Below, piece by piece: positions 1 to 11,096 of a stretch of 35,084 nucleotides of DNA. Source of the DNA: Octopus bimaculoides (lineage: Eukaryota). The stretch lies in NCBI RefSeq assembly GCF_001194135.2, contig NC_068991.1:20308837-20343920 (forward strand). Reading direction: 5' to 3'. Below the pieces are notes generated by a model. That model was not told the origin of the DNA, did not search any database, and saw nothing but the letters and a program-made list of their open reading frames with translations. Position numbers and translations under genes: made by a program. Numbering within the stretch: the stretch's first letter is position 1; every line of letters begins with the position of its first letter.

Positions 1-13
1 CATACATGCATGC

Positions 14-41
14 GTGCATACATACTTTTATACGTGCCTAC

Positions 42-107
<66 letters not shown>

Positions 108-487
108 ATAATTTTCTACACGCACATATACATGCATCATTGCATGTACGTGTGCATATCTGTATGAGCGCGTGCACGCTGTCGCATTTGTGTGAGTCCG
201 TACGCATAAGGTTAACTGTGCCATAAAAAACTCTACACTATGGTTTGACGTAGCGCACAAGTCTCAATACAGGCTATTCAATGCGCGTTACAACTTAGTA
301 CCATAGTTCAGACTTAATGGATTAGTAATCACTGTTATATGTGCTTGTGTGTTTGTGTGTCTGTGTCTATACTTGTGTTACTGTGTGTTTTTATTATACA
401 TATATTAATGTGAACATATTTTATGCAATGTGTATATGTATGTATAAATATATATATACACTTATATATGTATGTATGTATGTATAT

Positions 488-518
<31 letters not shown>
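14..518. repeat. (TG)n and (TA)n/(TATG)n microsatellites flanking unique sequence
   Basis: Direct reading: long (TG)n at ~53-104, and TA/TATG-rich tract at ~430-518 running into an N gap. Confidence 0.95.
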
Positions 519-1749
519 NNNNNNNNNNNNNNNNNNNNNNNNNNNNNNNNNNNNNNNNNNNNNNNNNNNNNNNNNNNNNNNNNNNNNNNNNNNNNNNNNN
601 NNNNNNNNNNNNNNNNNNNNNNNNNNNNNNNNNNNNNNNNNNNNNNNNNNNNNNNNNNNNNNNNNNNNNNNNNNNNNNNNNNNNNNNNNNNNNNNNNNNN
701 NNNNNNNNNNNNNNNNNNNNNNNNNNNNNNNNNNNNNNNNNNNNNNNNNNNNNNNNNNNNNNNNNNNNNNNNNNNNNNNNNNNNNNNNNNNNNNNNNNNN
801 NNNNNNNNNNNNNNNNNNNNNNNNNNNNNNNNNNNNNNNNNNNNNNNNNNNNNNNNNNNNNNNNNNNNNNNNNNNNNNNNNNNNNNNNNNNNNNNNNNNN
901 NNNNNNNNNNNNNNNNNNNNNNNNNNNNNNNNNNNNNNNNNNNNNNNNNNNNNNNNNNNNNNNNNNNNNNNNNNNNNNNNNNNNNNNNNNNNNNNNNNNN
1001 NNNNNNNNNNNNNNNNNNNNNNNNNNNNNNNNNNNNNNNNNNNNNNNNNNNNNNNNNNNNNNNNNNNNNNNNNNNNNNNNNNNNNNNNNNNNNNNNNNNN
1101 NNNNNNNNNNNNNNNNNNNNNNNNNNNNNNNNNNNNNNNNNNNNNNNNNNNNNNNNNNNNNNNNNNNNNNNNNNNNNNNNNNNNNNNNNNNNNNNNNNNN
1201 NNNNNNNNNNNNNNNNNNNNNNNNNNNNNNNNNNNNNNNNNNNNNNNNNNNNNNNNNNNNNNNNNNNNNNNNNNNNNNNNNNNNNNNNNNNNNATATATA
1301 TATATACATACATATATATATATAATATACACACATATACGTATATACATACACGCGCGCTCACACACGCACACACACACACACACACACACACCTAAAT
1401 GGATGATACAAATATGCTTACAGACCACACATCTCCATCTGATTGTTTATGAGGACACGTCTCCAGAAAGTTTTCTAATTAATAATTTTTCTGCTTACAA
1501 CTTTCTACAGTATCAGATTTGGTCTGCTTATTCGCCATAATGCTGCTGTCATTAGAAGCCATTTTCAAATGGTTTTTGATCAATTATTCTGCTTCGCAGA
1601 CGTCCCTGGAGACCATTCTAATATTTCAAGCGAAAAACTACAACCACATAAAGCGTCAAGGTCCGTATTACTAAAAATAATAACAATAACTGTTAGTTTG
1701 TAATAACAACAACAATATGGATATAAACAATGGCGAAGGATATAACAAC

Positions 1750-1766
1750 TGCAATGATGATGATGG

Positions 1767-1811
<45 letters not shown>

Positions 1812-1990
1812 CGACGGTGATGACGACGACGACGACGACGAAGAATACGGAGCGACGAAAATGGCGACGATGACAACAATGAAGTTCGCGGCGGTGAAAA
1901 TGATGATGATGATGATGATAACAACGCTACTGCTACTGCTACTGCTACTACTGCTACTGCTGCTGTTTTGAGTAGTAGTAGTAGTAGTAA

Positions 1991-2042
<52 letters not shown>

Positions 2043-2147
2043 TCTTTTAAATAAAATCATAAGCGCATGAGCGTGCGCTTACCGAAGTAGTGATTGCAAA
2101 AATGTGAATAGTAAGAAAACTAGTGAGATGCTGCTACTGCTGCTGTT

Positions 2148-2178
<31 letters not shown>

Positions 2179-2337
2179 AGGATGATGAGGATGATGAGGA
2201 TGATGATGGTCATGATGATGGGCTGGGTAGGTGTGTTGGTAACGACGATAACGACGGGGATTACAATCTACATCAACAAATTTTATTATAACAATAATAA
2301 TATTTTATTATTATTATTATTATCATCATCATCATCA

Positions 2338-2386
<49 letters not shown>

Positions 2387-2400
2387 CATTTTTGTTATTA
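1750..2400. repeat. Compound trinucleotide microsatellite block: (GAT)n, (GAC)n, (CTA/CTG)n, (GTA)n, (TTA)n
   Basis: Direct reading. Explains the poly-D/H/T/S/L/M ORFs. Confidence 0.95.
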
Positions 2401-2449
2401 ATGTAATAAAAAATAATAAATATATGTTAAGCACTTGGTTCGTTTAGTA

Positions 2450-2552
2450 TCCTGCTAAACAATGAACCCAGCAGGGTTTTCACATTAAAAGCAATGGTGC
2501 CAGTCAACTGTATGACTCATCTATTTTTAATGGATGACTTGAAGTTATATTG
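2450..2552 (+). pseudogene. Fragment of a non-LTR retrotransposon reverse transcriptase (R4/Dong-like motif)
   Basis: 2515-2550 translates THLFLMDDLKLY, the YxDD-equivalent RT motif in the HLL(F/Y)MDDLKL(Y/F) form I associate with RLE-type R4/Dong elements. It is preceded out of frame by GFHIKS. Short and frameshifted. Confidence 0.6.
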
Positions 2553-2974
2553 TGGACTCTCTATAAACTATTTCTAGAAAACCTCTTGGTAATCATTCGA
2601 TTGTGCTAGAAACAGCAGCCTTATCTCCCCCCAGTATCTCGTCGCTCTACTGTTTCAAAAAGAGTGTACGAGAGAATACATCTGGTAATGTAACCCAAGA
2701 TACACATTGTCTGAAAATATACTAAAAATATCCTGGCTGGTTGATCACAATTGTTATTAAGTATGACTTTACCCTATACGTTTGTTTATTCTGGGCCATT
2801 TTGTGGTTACACGAACACGATAAGAACAACGAAAGGTACATCAAGAGTATCTATATGTGACTCGTAATGTTAAAAAAGCAGCCAAATCTCATAGTTATCT
2901 TATGTTGCCATCTTAAATAAGAGTAGAGAAGTTTGGCAAAAGGATCAACCTTAAGAAAAGACACAGAAGTACTG

Positions 2975-3065
2975 AGATCGATTCGTTCGATGAAAATTCT
3001 TCAGCACGGTGCTCCAGCATGGCCCGCAGTCGAATGTCTGAAATAAGGAAAAGATGAAAGATAAG
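2975..3065 (+). mobile_element. 3' tail fragment of a SINE
   Basis: cggtgctccagcatggcccgcagtcgaatgtctgaaataagg matches the reverse complement of the tail at 34870-34920. Confidence 0.7.
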
Positions 3066-3096
3066 ACATTACGTATACATTTGATAATATAGTACT

Positions 3097-3424
3097 TGTT
3101 GCTGGCACTCCGTCGCTAACGACGTCGAGGGTTCCATTTGATCCGATCAACGGAACAGCCTGCTCGTGAAATTAACGTGCAAGTGGCTGAGCACTCCACA
3201 GACACGTGTACCCTTAATGTAGTTCAAGGGGATATTCAGGGTGACACAGTGTGACAAGGCTGACCGTTTGAATTACAGGCACAACAGAAACAGGAAGTAA
3301 GAGTGAGAGAAAGTTGTGGTGGAAGAGTACAGCAGGGTTCGCCACCATCCCCTGCCGGAGCTTCGTGGAGCTTTTAGGTGTTTTCGCTCAATAAACACTC
3401 ACAACGCCCGGTCTGGGAATCGAA
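3097..3424 (-). mobile_element. tRNA-derived SINE, head truncated by the gap
   Basis: The minus strand begins ttcgattcccagaccgggcgttgtgagtgtttattgagcg (B-box-like gttcgattcc). The segment gagtgagagaaagttgtgg...ggttcgccacc...ccggagc resembles the body of the 28040-28343 copy. Confidence 0.75.
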
Positions 3425-4290
3425 NNNNNNNNNNNNNNNNNNNNNNNNNNNNNNNNNNNNNNNNNNNNNNNNNNNNNNNNNNNNNNNNNNNNNNNNNNNN
3501 NNNNNNNNNNNNNNNNNNNNNNNNNNNNNNNNNNNNNNNNNNNNNNNNNNNNNNNNNNNNNNNNNNNNNNNNNNNNNNNNNNNNNNNNNNNNNNNNNNNN
3601 NNNNNNNNNNNNNNNNNNNNNNNNNNNNNNNNNNNNNNNNNNNNNNNNNNNNNNNNNNNNNNNNNNNNNNNNNNNNNNNNNNNNNNNNNNNNNNNNNNNN
3701 NNNNNNNNNNNNNNNNNNNNNNNNNNNNNNNNNNNNNNNNNNNNNNNNNNNNNNNNNNNNNNNNNNNNNNNNNNNNNNNNNNNNNNNNNNNNNNNNNNNN
3801 NNNNNNNNNNNNNNNNNNNNNNNNNNNNNNNNNNNNNNNNNNNNNNNNNNNNNNNNNNNNNNNNNNNNNNNNNNNNNNNNNNNNNNNNNNNNNNNNNNNN
3901 NNNNNNNNNNNNNNNNNNNNNNNNNNNNNNNNNNNNNNNNNNNNNNNNNNNNNNNNNNNNNNNNNNNNNNNNNNNNNNNNNNNNNNNNNNNNNNNNNNNN
4001 NNNNNNNNNNNNNNNNNNNNNNNNNNNNNNNNNNNNNNNNNNNNNNNNNNNNNNNNNNNNNNNNNNNNNNNNNNNNNNNNNNNNNNNNNNNNNNNNNNNN
4101 NNNNNNNNNNNNNNNNNNNNNNNNNNNNNNNNNNNNNNNNNNNNNNNNNNNNNNNNNNNNNNNNNNNNNNNNNNNNNNNNNNNNNNNNNNNNNNNNNNNN
4201 NNNNNNNNNNNNNNNNNNNNNNNNNNNNNNNNNNNNNNNNNTATATATATATATATATACAGAAAGAGGGAAATAGAAAGTGAGAGATGA

Positions 4291-4327
<37 letters not shown>

Positions 4328-4364
4328 CATGGCGTCTTTCTTACAGTTTCCGCCCACCAAATTC

Positions 4365-4502
4365 TTTCTTCAGGCATTGGTCAACTCGGGGCTACAGCAG
4401 GAGGCACTTACCTAAAGTGCCATGCAGTACCCAGGATCACATACTTGCAAAGCCACAATCTAGCGAACGTGAGTGCGACAGCGTAACCACTAAGCCACGC
4501 GC
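4365..4502 (-). mobile_element. Degenerate tRNA-derived (CORE-like) SINE
   Basis: The minus strand starts gcgtggcttagtggttacgctgtcgcactcacgttc (A-box) and contains ggcactttaggtaagtgcctcctgctgtagc, similar to the body of the 17331-17482 copy. Confidence 0.6.
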
Positions 4503-4821
4503 TTTCACTTGCAAACATTTACCTGGATTATTTTTATAATATATCTCTGTTGGTCAAGACTGACCATACATCTGTATATATATATATATATACAGGCTGG
4601 GTAAAATTCTTGCACAAGACTGGTTGTTGTCCATCAAAGTGACCCTTTCTACACACATTCGATGTCTTTTATCCAAGAGAAAGGTTTGCCCACATGGGCC
4701 GATACCTTGTGTTGTCTTACCTTTTTGTTGTCTCAAGCCTTACTTTCAGAAAGCAAAGTAACAGGTCAGATACAGAGAGGACACTCGTTTGATCTTCTGG
4801 TCGTTCCATAAAGCCACCTGC

Positions 4822-4965
4822 TGGATTGGTACATTCTTTTATCGATTCCAAAAGGATGATGGTTAAAGTTGACCTCAGATTTGAACTCGGATCGTAGAGA
4901 TTCGGAATAAACACCGCCACGGTTTCTATCCAACGCTCTAACGACTCTAATAACTCGCCGCCTTC
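4822..4965 (-). mobile_element. Degenerate copy of the SINE family at 16014
   Basis: tatcgattccaaaaggatga...aaagttgacctcagatttgaactcgga aligns to tatcgaccccgaaaggatgaaaggcaaagtagacctcggcggaatttgaactcaga (27851-27908). Confidence 0.75.
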
Positions 4966-5199
4966 AATATTTTTATAATAAAATTTTACATATTTAATAG
5001 CCATAGAAAATGTTGATGGATGTTAGCGTTTGAATAAAAGTAGTTTTATTTATTCATAACTAATGACTTTAACAGACTAAACTTAGTGAAGCATGCTTCA
5101 GTGAACATAAAAAAAGTCCAGTGGAGAATACTAAGATATTTTAATTCATTCCATTCTGGTAATGATCGCAGTCAATGAAAAACCTGTATATTTTTTTTC

Positions 5200-7200
5200 T
5201 CTAATTCTCTCTACATGGGAAAATGTTTGAAAATGCGAAACAGGTAATTTTCAGTTTCTAATCTACTTCGTTGTTTTGTTTTCAGTTGTAATAGATTTTA
5301 AAGTCTGATTCAGAAAGTTATGAGGCAAATGGAAGCAACGCATGCTTAGCTCTTTTGGTTAGTTTGAGGCATGAAAAGTATATTAAAAGGCAAATATTAT
5401 GTGACTGATTTCTCATCGAACATACTTCTTGTCCCTGGAACCTTTTCTCAGTTCCTGAAATACAATTTAAAAAATAATCAGGAACTTGACATGACGATCA
5501 GTCGGACGCTGACACTCGTTGATGCTGCATCGAAGAGGCCAGGGAATTAGAAGAAAGAAGACATACACCCAACACTAGAGCTGAAGACACCTCCGAAAGG
5601 GGGTGGCCCCGCCACGTCAAAACGGTAGAGGAGTAGGGGCCGAAACCGGACGTGGTTCCTCCTGATGATGTCTTGAGCTAACTGGATCCTANNNNNNNNN
5701 NCTAACTGGATCCTAATCCACCAAGGGAAGGTGTGTCGGAAAAAAGTAATTCAACAACGCGGGTTGATGAACCGTAAGACGTGTGGCCAGAACCTCCTGG
5801 AAAATAACCATAGCGAGGGACATTCCACAGTTGAATTAGAACAGTCACAAACAGTGAAAGACATGCACCCAACACCAGAGCTGAAGACACCTCCGAAAGG
5901 GGGTGGCCCCGCCACGTCAAAACGGTAGAGGAGTAGGGGCCGAAACCGGACGTGGTTCCTCCTGATGATGTCTTGAGCTAACTGGATCCTATAAAGGAGC
6001 TGTTGTGGTAGCAGACCACGAAACATGGTTGAAATTCCTCCTAAACGGGGTCCGAACAAAACCCTACTTTTCCTTACTCACACCAGGAAAATATCATCTA
6101 TACACATTTTTAATACTGCAAAATAGCGCAAAAGTTGATATTTTTGAAAATTCTTGAAGCATTCAAATGCTTCAAGAATTCATTACCAACAAGAAATGCC
6201 GGACTCTCAAACCCTTTTATTCTAACTTTTCTGTTCTAATTTTCTATTTTGTCATGAAAGCTTTCAGAAAATCGATGAACGTTATGGTGTTTGTGTTACT
6301 TAGTTGCATCAGTTTCTTCAGCTACTCAAAAATGCCAACCAAATAGGCAAGGTACGCAATTTATTTCTCGTCCTTTTGCCAGGTATAAAAATTCCATTTT
6401 AACTTGGACTTCAAAAAAAAAAAAAAAAAAAAAAGAATATTGGCCCAAAATATTCATCTCTGATATTACGTATTCATTTCTAAGCTGCATTACATTTCTT
6501 CTCGAAAGCCATAGAAAAGAAGTAAATTTTTTTACGTAGTTCCATCAAAATAGTTGTTTCAAGAACATACTAGTAAATGCTTTTTAAATAAACCTGCGCG
6601 AGCATATCTTGCAAAAACCTAGGATCACGATGCCATATCACAACTGCCGATTCATCAAGTTGATTTGAAAATAAGCCAAATGCTGCTGACTGATTTTCGT
6701 GCGCAACTTGATCCTTGATGTCAGCTGTCATGTCACAGATCCTACTTTGAACTTTACTGTTTGACAGTGAAACCATTGCAAGTTATTTCTGTCCCCCAAT
6801 CCATTCCCCAATACAATTTCCGCCATTTTCAAAACATAAACTTTGATCAAAACTTCCCCACTTCTATGCCCCTTTTTATGCTTTGCTATCTATAACATAA
6901 TAAGCTCCAATAAATAATCCTTGGTTTATTTATATATGTATTTGCTTGGCATGTCCCTATTGAATTCAGCTTCATCTTTTTGAGAGCGTTCCCTTGAGGT
7001 TCAAAAAAAAAGTGTACGTCCTTGACATTGTGTTAGGGATGAATGTTGTACAAACGTTGTTTTGTCACTGTTGGCTTCGTTGAAACATTTAGAGTTTTAC
7101 TAAAAAAAATAGCACATTGAGGCCTTTCTTCTCCTTTGATGATGACAGATATAAATCCATATTGAATATATGAATCATTGCACCCTCTTCTTCCTTTTCC
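5200..7200 (-). pseudogene. Decayed hAT-superfamily (Buster/Charlie, ZBED5/ZBED8-like) transposase
   Basis: Collinear minus-strand motifs. BED-finger N-terminus NDSYIQYGFISVIIKGEERPQC (~7100-7180); ASY..IAK.KK.H..GEVLIK..LKMAEIVLG (~6810-6920); VSLSNSKVQSRICDMTADIKDQV...FGLFSNQLDES (~6640-6775); AYLV.IFE.L...NT..I.F.KAF (~6250-6360); C-terminal dimerisation region MFDEKSVT...LTKRAKHALLPFAS..SESDF...KTKRSRLETE (~5230-5425). Many stops, frameshifts and deletions. Confidence 0.85.
5485..6083. mobile_element. GC-rich insertion inside the hAT pseudogene, containing a duplicated 134-bp structured unit
   Basis: 5558-5691 and 5858-5991 are identical except at 2 positions and straddle a 10-N gap. CAGGAA at 5479-5484 and 6084-6089 is a possible 6-bp TSD. 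Family not recognised. Confidence 0.55.
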
Positions 7201-7702
7201 ATTTTTTTGTTTTGTTTTGTTTTGTTTCTGACATTCATGAAAATTCATCTTGACAATAATTTTCAGGAAGTTTTCTGTGAATAAATATATGAATAAAAAT
7301 TCTTAAACAAAAAAAAAAGCAAAAAAAAACAAGACAAAAAAACAAAAGAAGACAATGATTTTTCACAGATCAAAAAATGTGAAATATTTATCTTCATTTT
7401 TGTATTTAACCCCTTGCTTGTCGTGTGTACATGTGATACACAAGACATATTTCCCTGGCGTCCATGCATCATATATGATAAACATTCCCAACTTTTTTTT
7501 TCAACGACCAGAGTAACGTGGGACATATGAATGGAATGCTTTGTATTACGAAGAACACATGAAAGAAGGGCGAAATAAAAGTCTGAAAACAACCATGGAC
7601 TTTTAGAACAAACATATGAAAATGCTTTGGACAGGCAAAAGGTTAATCTGTAACATTCAACAAACGTTACTGGACATCACAGAAGTTGTAGATAATCTAG
7701 AC

Positions 7703-7992
7703 CAGGGGTTTTCAAACTTTTTGACTTACGGACCCCTTTTATATTTCAGGCTTCACCTTAGGGACCCCCTTATAAACGCTTATGAAATTTATACATAAAT
7801 ATTTGCTTAAAATAACATATATTTAATTATTTAACAGTATTTAACAAATAGGTTTATTGTCAATTAAAAGATTTCGATTAAAAAACATATATAAAATCAA
7901 ATTGCCCATAAAAAGTATTTGCTGTCCACGGACCCCCTGTCTTGTCCTTGCGGACCCCCTGCGGTCCGCGGACCACAGTTTGAAAACCCCTG
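7703..7992. mobile_element. Non-autonomous hAT (Buster/Charlie-type) MITE, 290 bp
   Basis: Perfect 16-bp TIRs caggggttttcaaact (7703-7718) / agtttgaaaacccctg (7977-7992). Perfect 8-bp TSD atctagac (7695-7702, 7993-8000) with central TA. Repeated subterminal cggacccc motifs. Confidence 0.95.
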
Positions 7993-8527
7993 ATCTAGAC
8001 AACATAAAACTTTATTGAATCTTGCTCCTGAAACACTAAAATATCCTCCAGGGGCAAAACTACCACTGTTACTTAATCCCTTTCCTAAATACTCAACCCC
8101 TGAATAAAATATATGAGATAGTCACAGCTGGAACACTTTCAATAACATGTCAAACCAATCACTTCAGAGGCCCCACCAAGAACACCAACAACAATAAAAA
8201 TTACTACTTGGAGGTTTTCACCTGAATGTGCTCATTTCGTCGATACACTTTACCATATTAATATTAGCAAAATGACTCTGGAATCGCTCCAAGACCACCA
8301 CTGTACAAATAATTTCAGGTAAAACACACGTCGTCTCCAGAAATCTCCACGTTCCTGTATTCTGCTATGTGCATGTCATTATTATCGATCTGGAAAATAA
8401 ATAAAACAACATACATACTGGAGATGTGTCAGACATGTTTTACACGTGACATCCAGAACCAATAATACGCTTACGCTTAGCGATTTCATCTTCATTGCTT
8501 TTTTTTTTACTCTGCCAGACGCCCTCT

Positions 8528-8584
<57 letters not shown>

Positions 8585-9415
8585 NNNNNNNNNNNNNNNN
8601 NNNNNNNNNNNNNNNNNNNNNNNNNNNNNNNNNNNNNNNNNNNNNNNNNNNNNNNNNNNNNNNNNNNNNNNNNNNNNNNNNNNNNNNNNNNNNNNNNNNN
8701 NNNNNNNNNNNNNNNNNNNNNNNNNNNNNNNNNNNNNNNNNNNNNNNNNNNNNNNNNNNNNNNNNNNNNNNNNNNNNNNNNNNNNNNNNNNNNNNNNNNN
8801 NNNNNNNNNNNNNNNNNNNNNNNNNNNNNNNNNNNNNNNNNNNNNNNNNNNNNNNNNNNNNNNNNNNNNNNNNNNNNNNNNNNNNNNNNNNNNNNNNNNN
8901 NNNNNNNNNNNNNNNNNNNNNNNNNNNNNNNNNNNNNNNNNNNNNNNNNNNNNNNNNNNNNNNNNNNNNNNNNNNNNNNNNNNNNNNNNNNNNNNNNNNN
9001 NNNNNNNNNNNNNNNNNNNNNNNNNNNNNNNNNNNNNNNNNNNNNNNNNNNNNNNNNNNNNNNNNNNNNNNNNNNNNNNNNNNNNNNNNNNNNNNNNNNN
9101 NNNNNNNNNNNNNNNNNNNNNNNNNNNNNNNNNNNNNNNNNNNNNNNNNNNNNNNNNNNNNNNNNNNNNNNNNNNNNNNNNNNNNNNNNNNNNNNNNNNN
9201 NNNNNNNNNNNNNNNNNNNNNNNNNNNNNNNNNNNNNNNNNNNNNNNNNNNNNNNNNNNNNNNNNNCATATATACATGTATGTATACATATAGATGTAGG
9301 TATGTACATATACATATGGATATATGCATATATTTATATATTATTTATATTATTATATGATCGAACGCCACGCATCCTTTTCCAAGTAAGTTTTATCTTA
9401 ATATATATATATAGG

Positions 9416-9474
9416 CGCAGGGAGTGGCTGTGTGGTAAGAAGCTTGCTTCTCAGTCACATGGTTCCGGGTTCTG
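9416..9474 (+). mobile_element. SINE head only (tRNA-derived, CORE-like family)
   Basis: gcgcagggagtggctgtgtggtaagaagcttgcttctcagtcacatggttccgggttc carries A-box- and B-box-like motifs and is truncated afterwards. Related to 17331-17482 (-). Confidence 0.75.
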
Positions 9475-11009
9475 AATGCTATCAATCTTGCAACCTAACC
9501 TAAACCCCTTCTCGAAGGCCTTCGTGTATAAAGTCTACAGAACCAACAACCGGTAGCATTAAATTGGCTTCTTTACAGCTTGCTTAGGTTTAAAACCCGT
9601 GATATAGGTCATTAACATTCTTTCAGTTCTGGTGGCAGAATTAATTCAATACACCTCTATCTAACTTCATGTAAATTTCGATAAGTGGAACAGGCCACAT
9701 TTTCGAGAAGAAGCATCCCGTCAGTACTTGTGTGCATGGGAACGTTTTGTTGGGTCTAAGTTGACACTTTGTAAATGGCTTTCAAGTTTTTCATTAGATA
9801 GTTTTAAAGCGCCCGACGTGTTTCAGTCACGCAAGATTCATTAAAAATCAAAAGCCCTGCCATTACAAGATTCTTGAAATGTTTGTTGTCTCTCCCTTTT
9901 CTTAGAATATACTTTGCTCTTCATATATAGTGTATCTTTCGGCATTATGTTATTTTGTTAAAGACTGTTTCTCCCATAACCTGTATTTCTTCACCTGGTA
10001 ACAGTTTGTCTGTTTCATTTTTTAATTCCTCGACCTCCATGAAATATATTTCATGCAAAATGCTAAAACTGATGTTTCTGCACTTCGAAGAAAGACCTTA
10101 CATAAAATGGTAAGAAGGGGTCCCCAAAGACAATCCATACTACCACTCCCCTAAGATAGGCCCTTTCCAAAACGACATCTTACATAGCTTTTCATTTACA
10201 AAAGGACATCGAAACAGTAAGATTCTTAGCCTTTTTCTCTTGAAAAAAACCCTTCAAAATTTTTTCCTGTCTGATAAGAACCCTACTCCAACTCCAAAGT
10301 TTCTTAGAACAGCTCTGTCCAAAACTCATGTTTTTTTCTCTTCTAAGAAGAGTCCTGCTCTAAACTAACATCATTTTCTGTCTTCCAGAATATCCGAACT
10401 CATATTTCCTCTTTTCTAAGAATGACCTTGCCCAGAACATCAAAATCCAAACGCTTGTTTACTTTCTATGAAGTTACTTCTCTTCAAAACGCCTGACCTG
10501 ACGATACTTGAAAATATATATCGATTTCGTTATTTCACTGGACTTATTTTCCCCGACGCAGGACTATCACCACTGTCATCAAAATCAGGTTTACTTTGTT
10601 GCTTTCATTTCCCAAACAAGTAAACCCAACCTCCTTTCCTTATTATTTAACTTTCAAACCAATGGCAAAAGTCATTAACTTTTTCAATGAGAATAGTTCA
10701 GTTTTGGAGATCAACCCCGGTCTTCTATAATTAATATTCCGTTTCTAATCTATCTTTTATAGCATGCTGCACCAAGCGTGTATGCATATGTATGTGTATA
10801 TGCATGAGTGTATATTTCTATATATGTGTCTATAGTGTGTGTGTGATGTCCGTCTCGTTTAAGTAATTGTTTTCTTCAATGTGTCTGGGGAGCTGCATAT
10901 ACTGATGAATTCATTGCTCATTCATCCGTAGGGAGAGCATGTGACTTTATAGCACGCAACGAACTGCAGGGTGGGTGGGAATCTCAGTCATTAGAGCTGT
11001 TGAGTAGAT

Positions 11010-11096
11010 AACATGGTTGCGCTTGTCGATTAGGGGAAATTTGTTTCCAAACCACGTGGTTCTTTGTTCGATTCCACTGTACGGTTAGTTTGGCCC
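11010..11096 (+). mobile_element. Highly degenerate SINE head
   Basis: aaatttgtttccaaaccacgtggttctttgttcgattccactgtacgg parallels aagcttgcttctcagtcacatggttccgggttc at 9440-9474. Confidence 0.5.

Noticed and set aside
243-260. gtttgacgtagc(gc)acaa shared with 32271-32286
   Set aside because: A 12-bp identity across 35 kb is compatible with chance, and the flanks do not align.
4590-4620. TA-caggctgggtaaaattc as a mariner TIR
   Set aside because: No matching inverted copy found in the window.
5880-5990. HDV-like, twister or pistol ribozyme, or C/D snoRNA, interpretation of the unit
   Set aside because: P1/P2-like helices exist, but P3/L3, P1.1 and the other conserved elements could not be placed in the correct order. 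The C and D boxes are in the wrong order within one unit.
5994-6047. aggag-ctgttgtggt-agcag-accacgaaac-atggtt...ctcct as another hammerhead
   Set aside because: The core lacks G8-A9 in register and stem I is displaced by 7 nt; at best a relic.
5731-6059. Short ORFs on both strands across the duplicated unit
   Set aside because: No recognisable similarity; they are open mainly because of the locally high GC content.
8315-8392. Minus-strand acceptor followed by IDNNDMHIAEYRNVEISGDD
   Set aside because: Good acceptor, but only a weak donor (gtgtgt) and no recognisable protein.
10895-10930. CTGATGA words here and at 11646-11660, 15735, 17879, 27578, 29929 and 33588
   Set aside because: None has a properly placed stem II plus GAAA and NUH/stem I.
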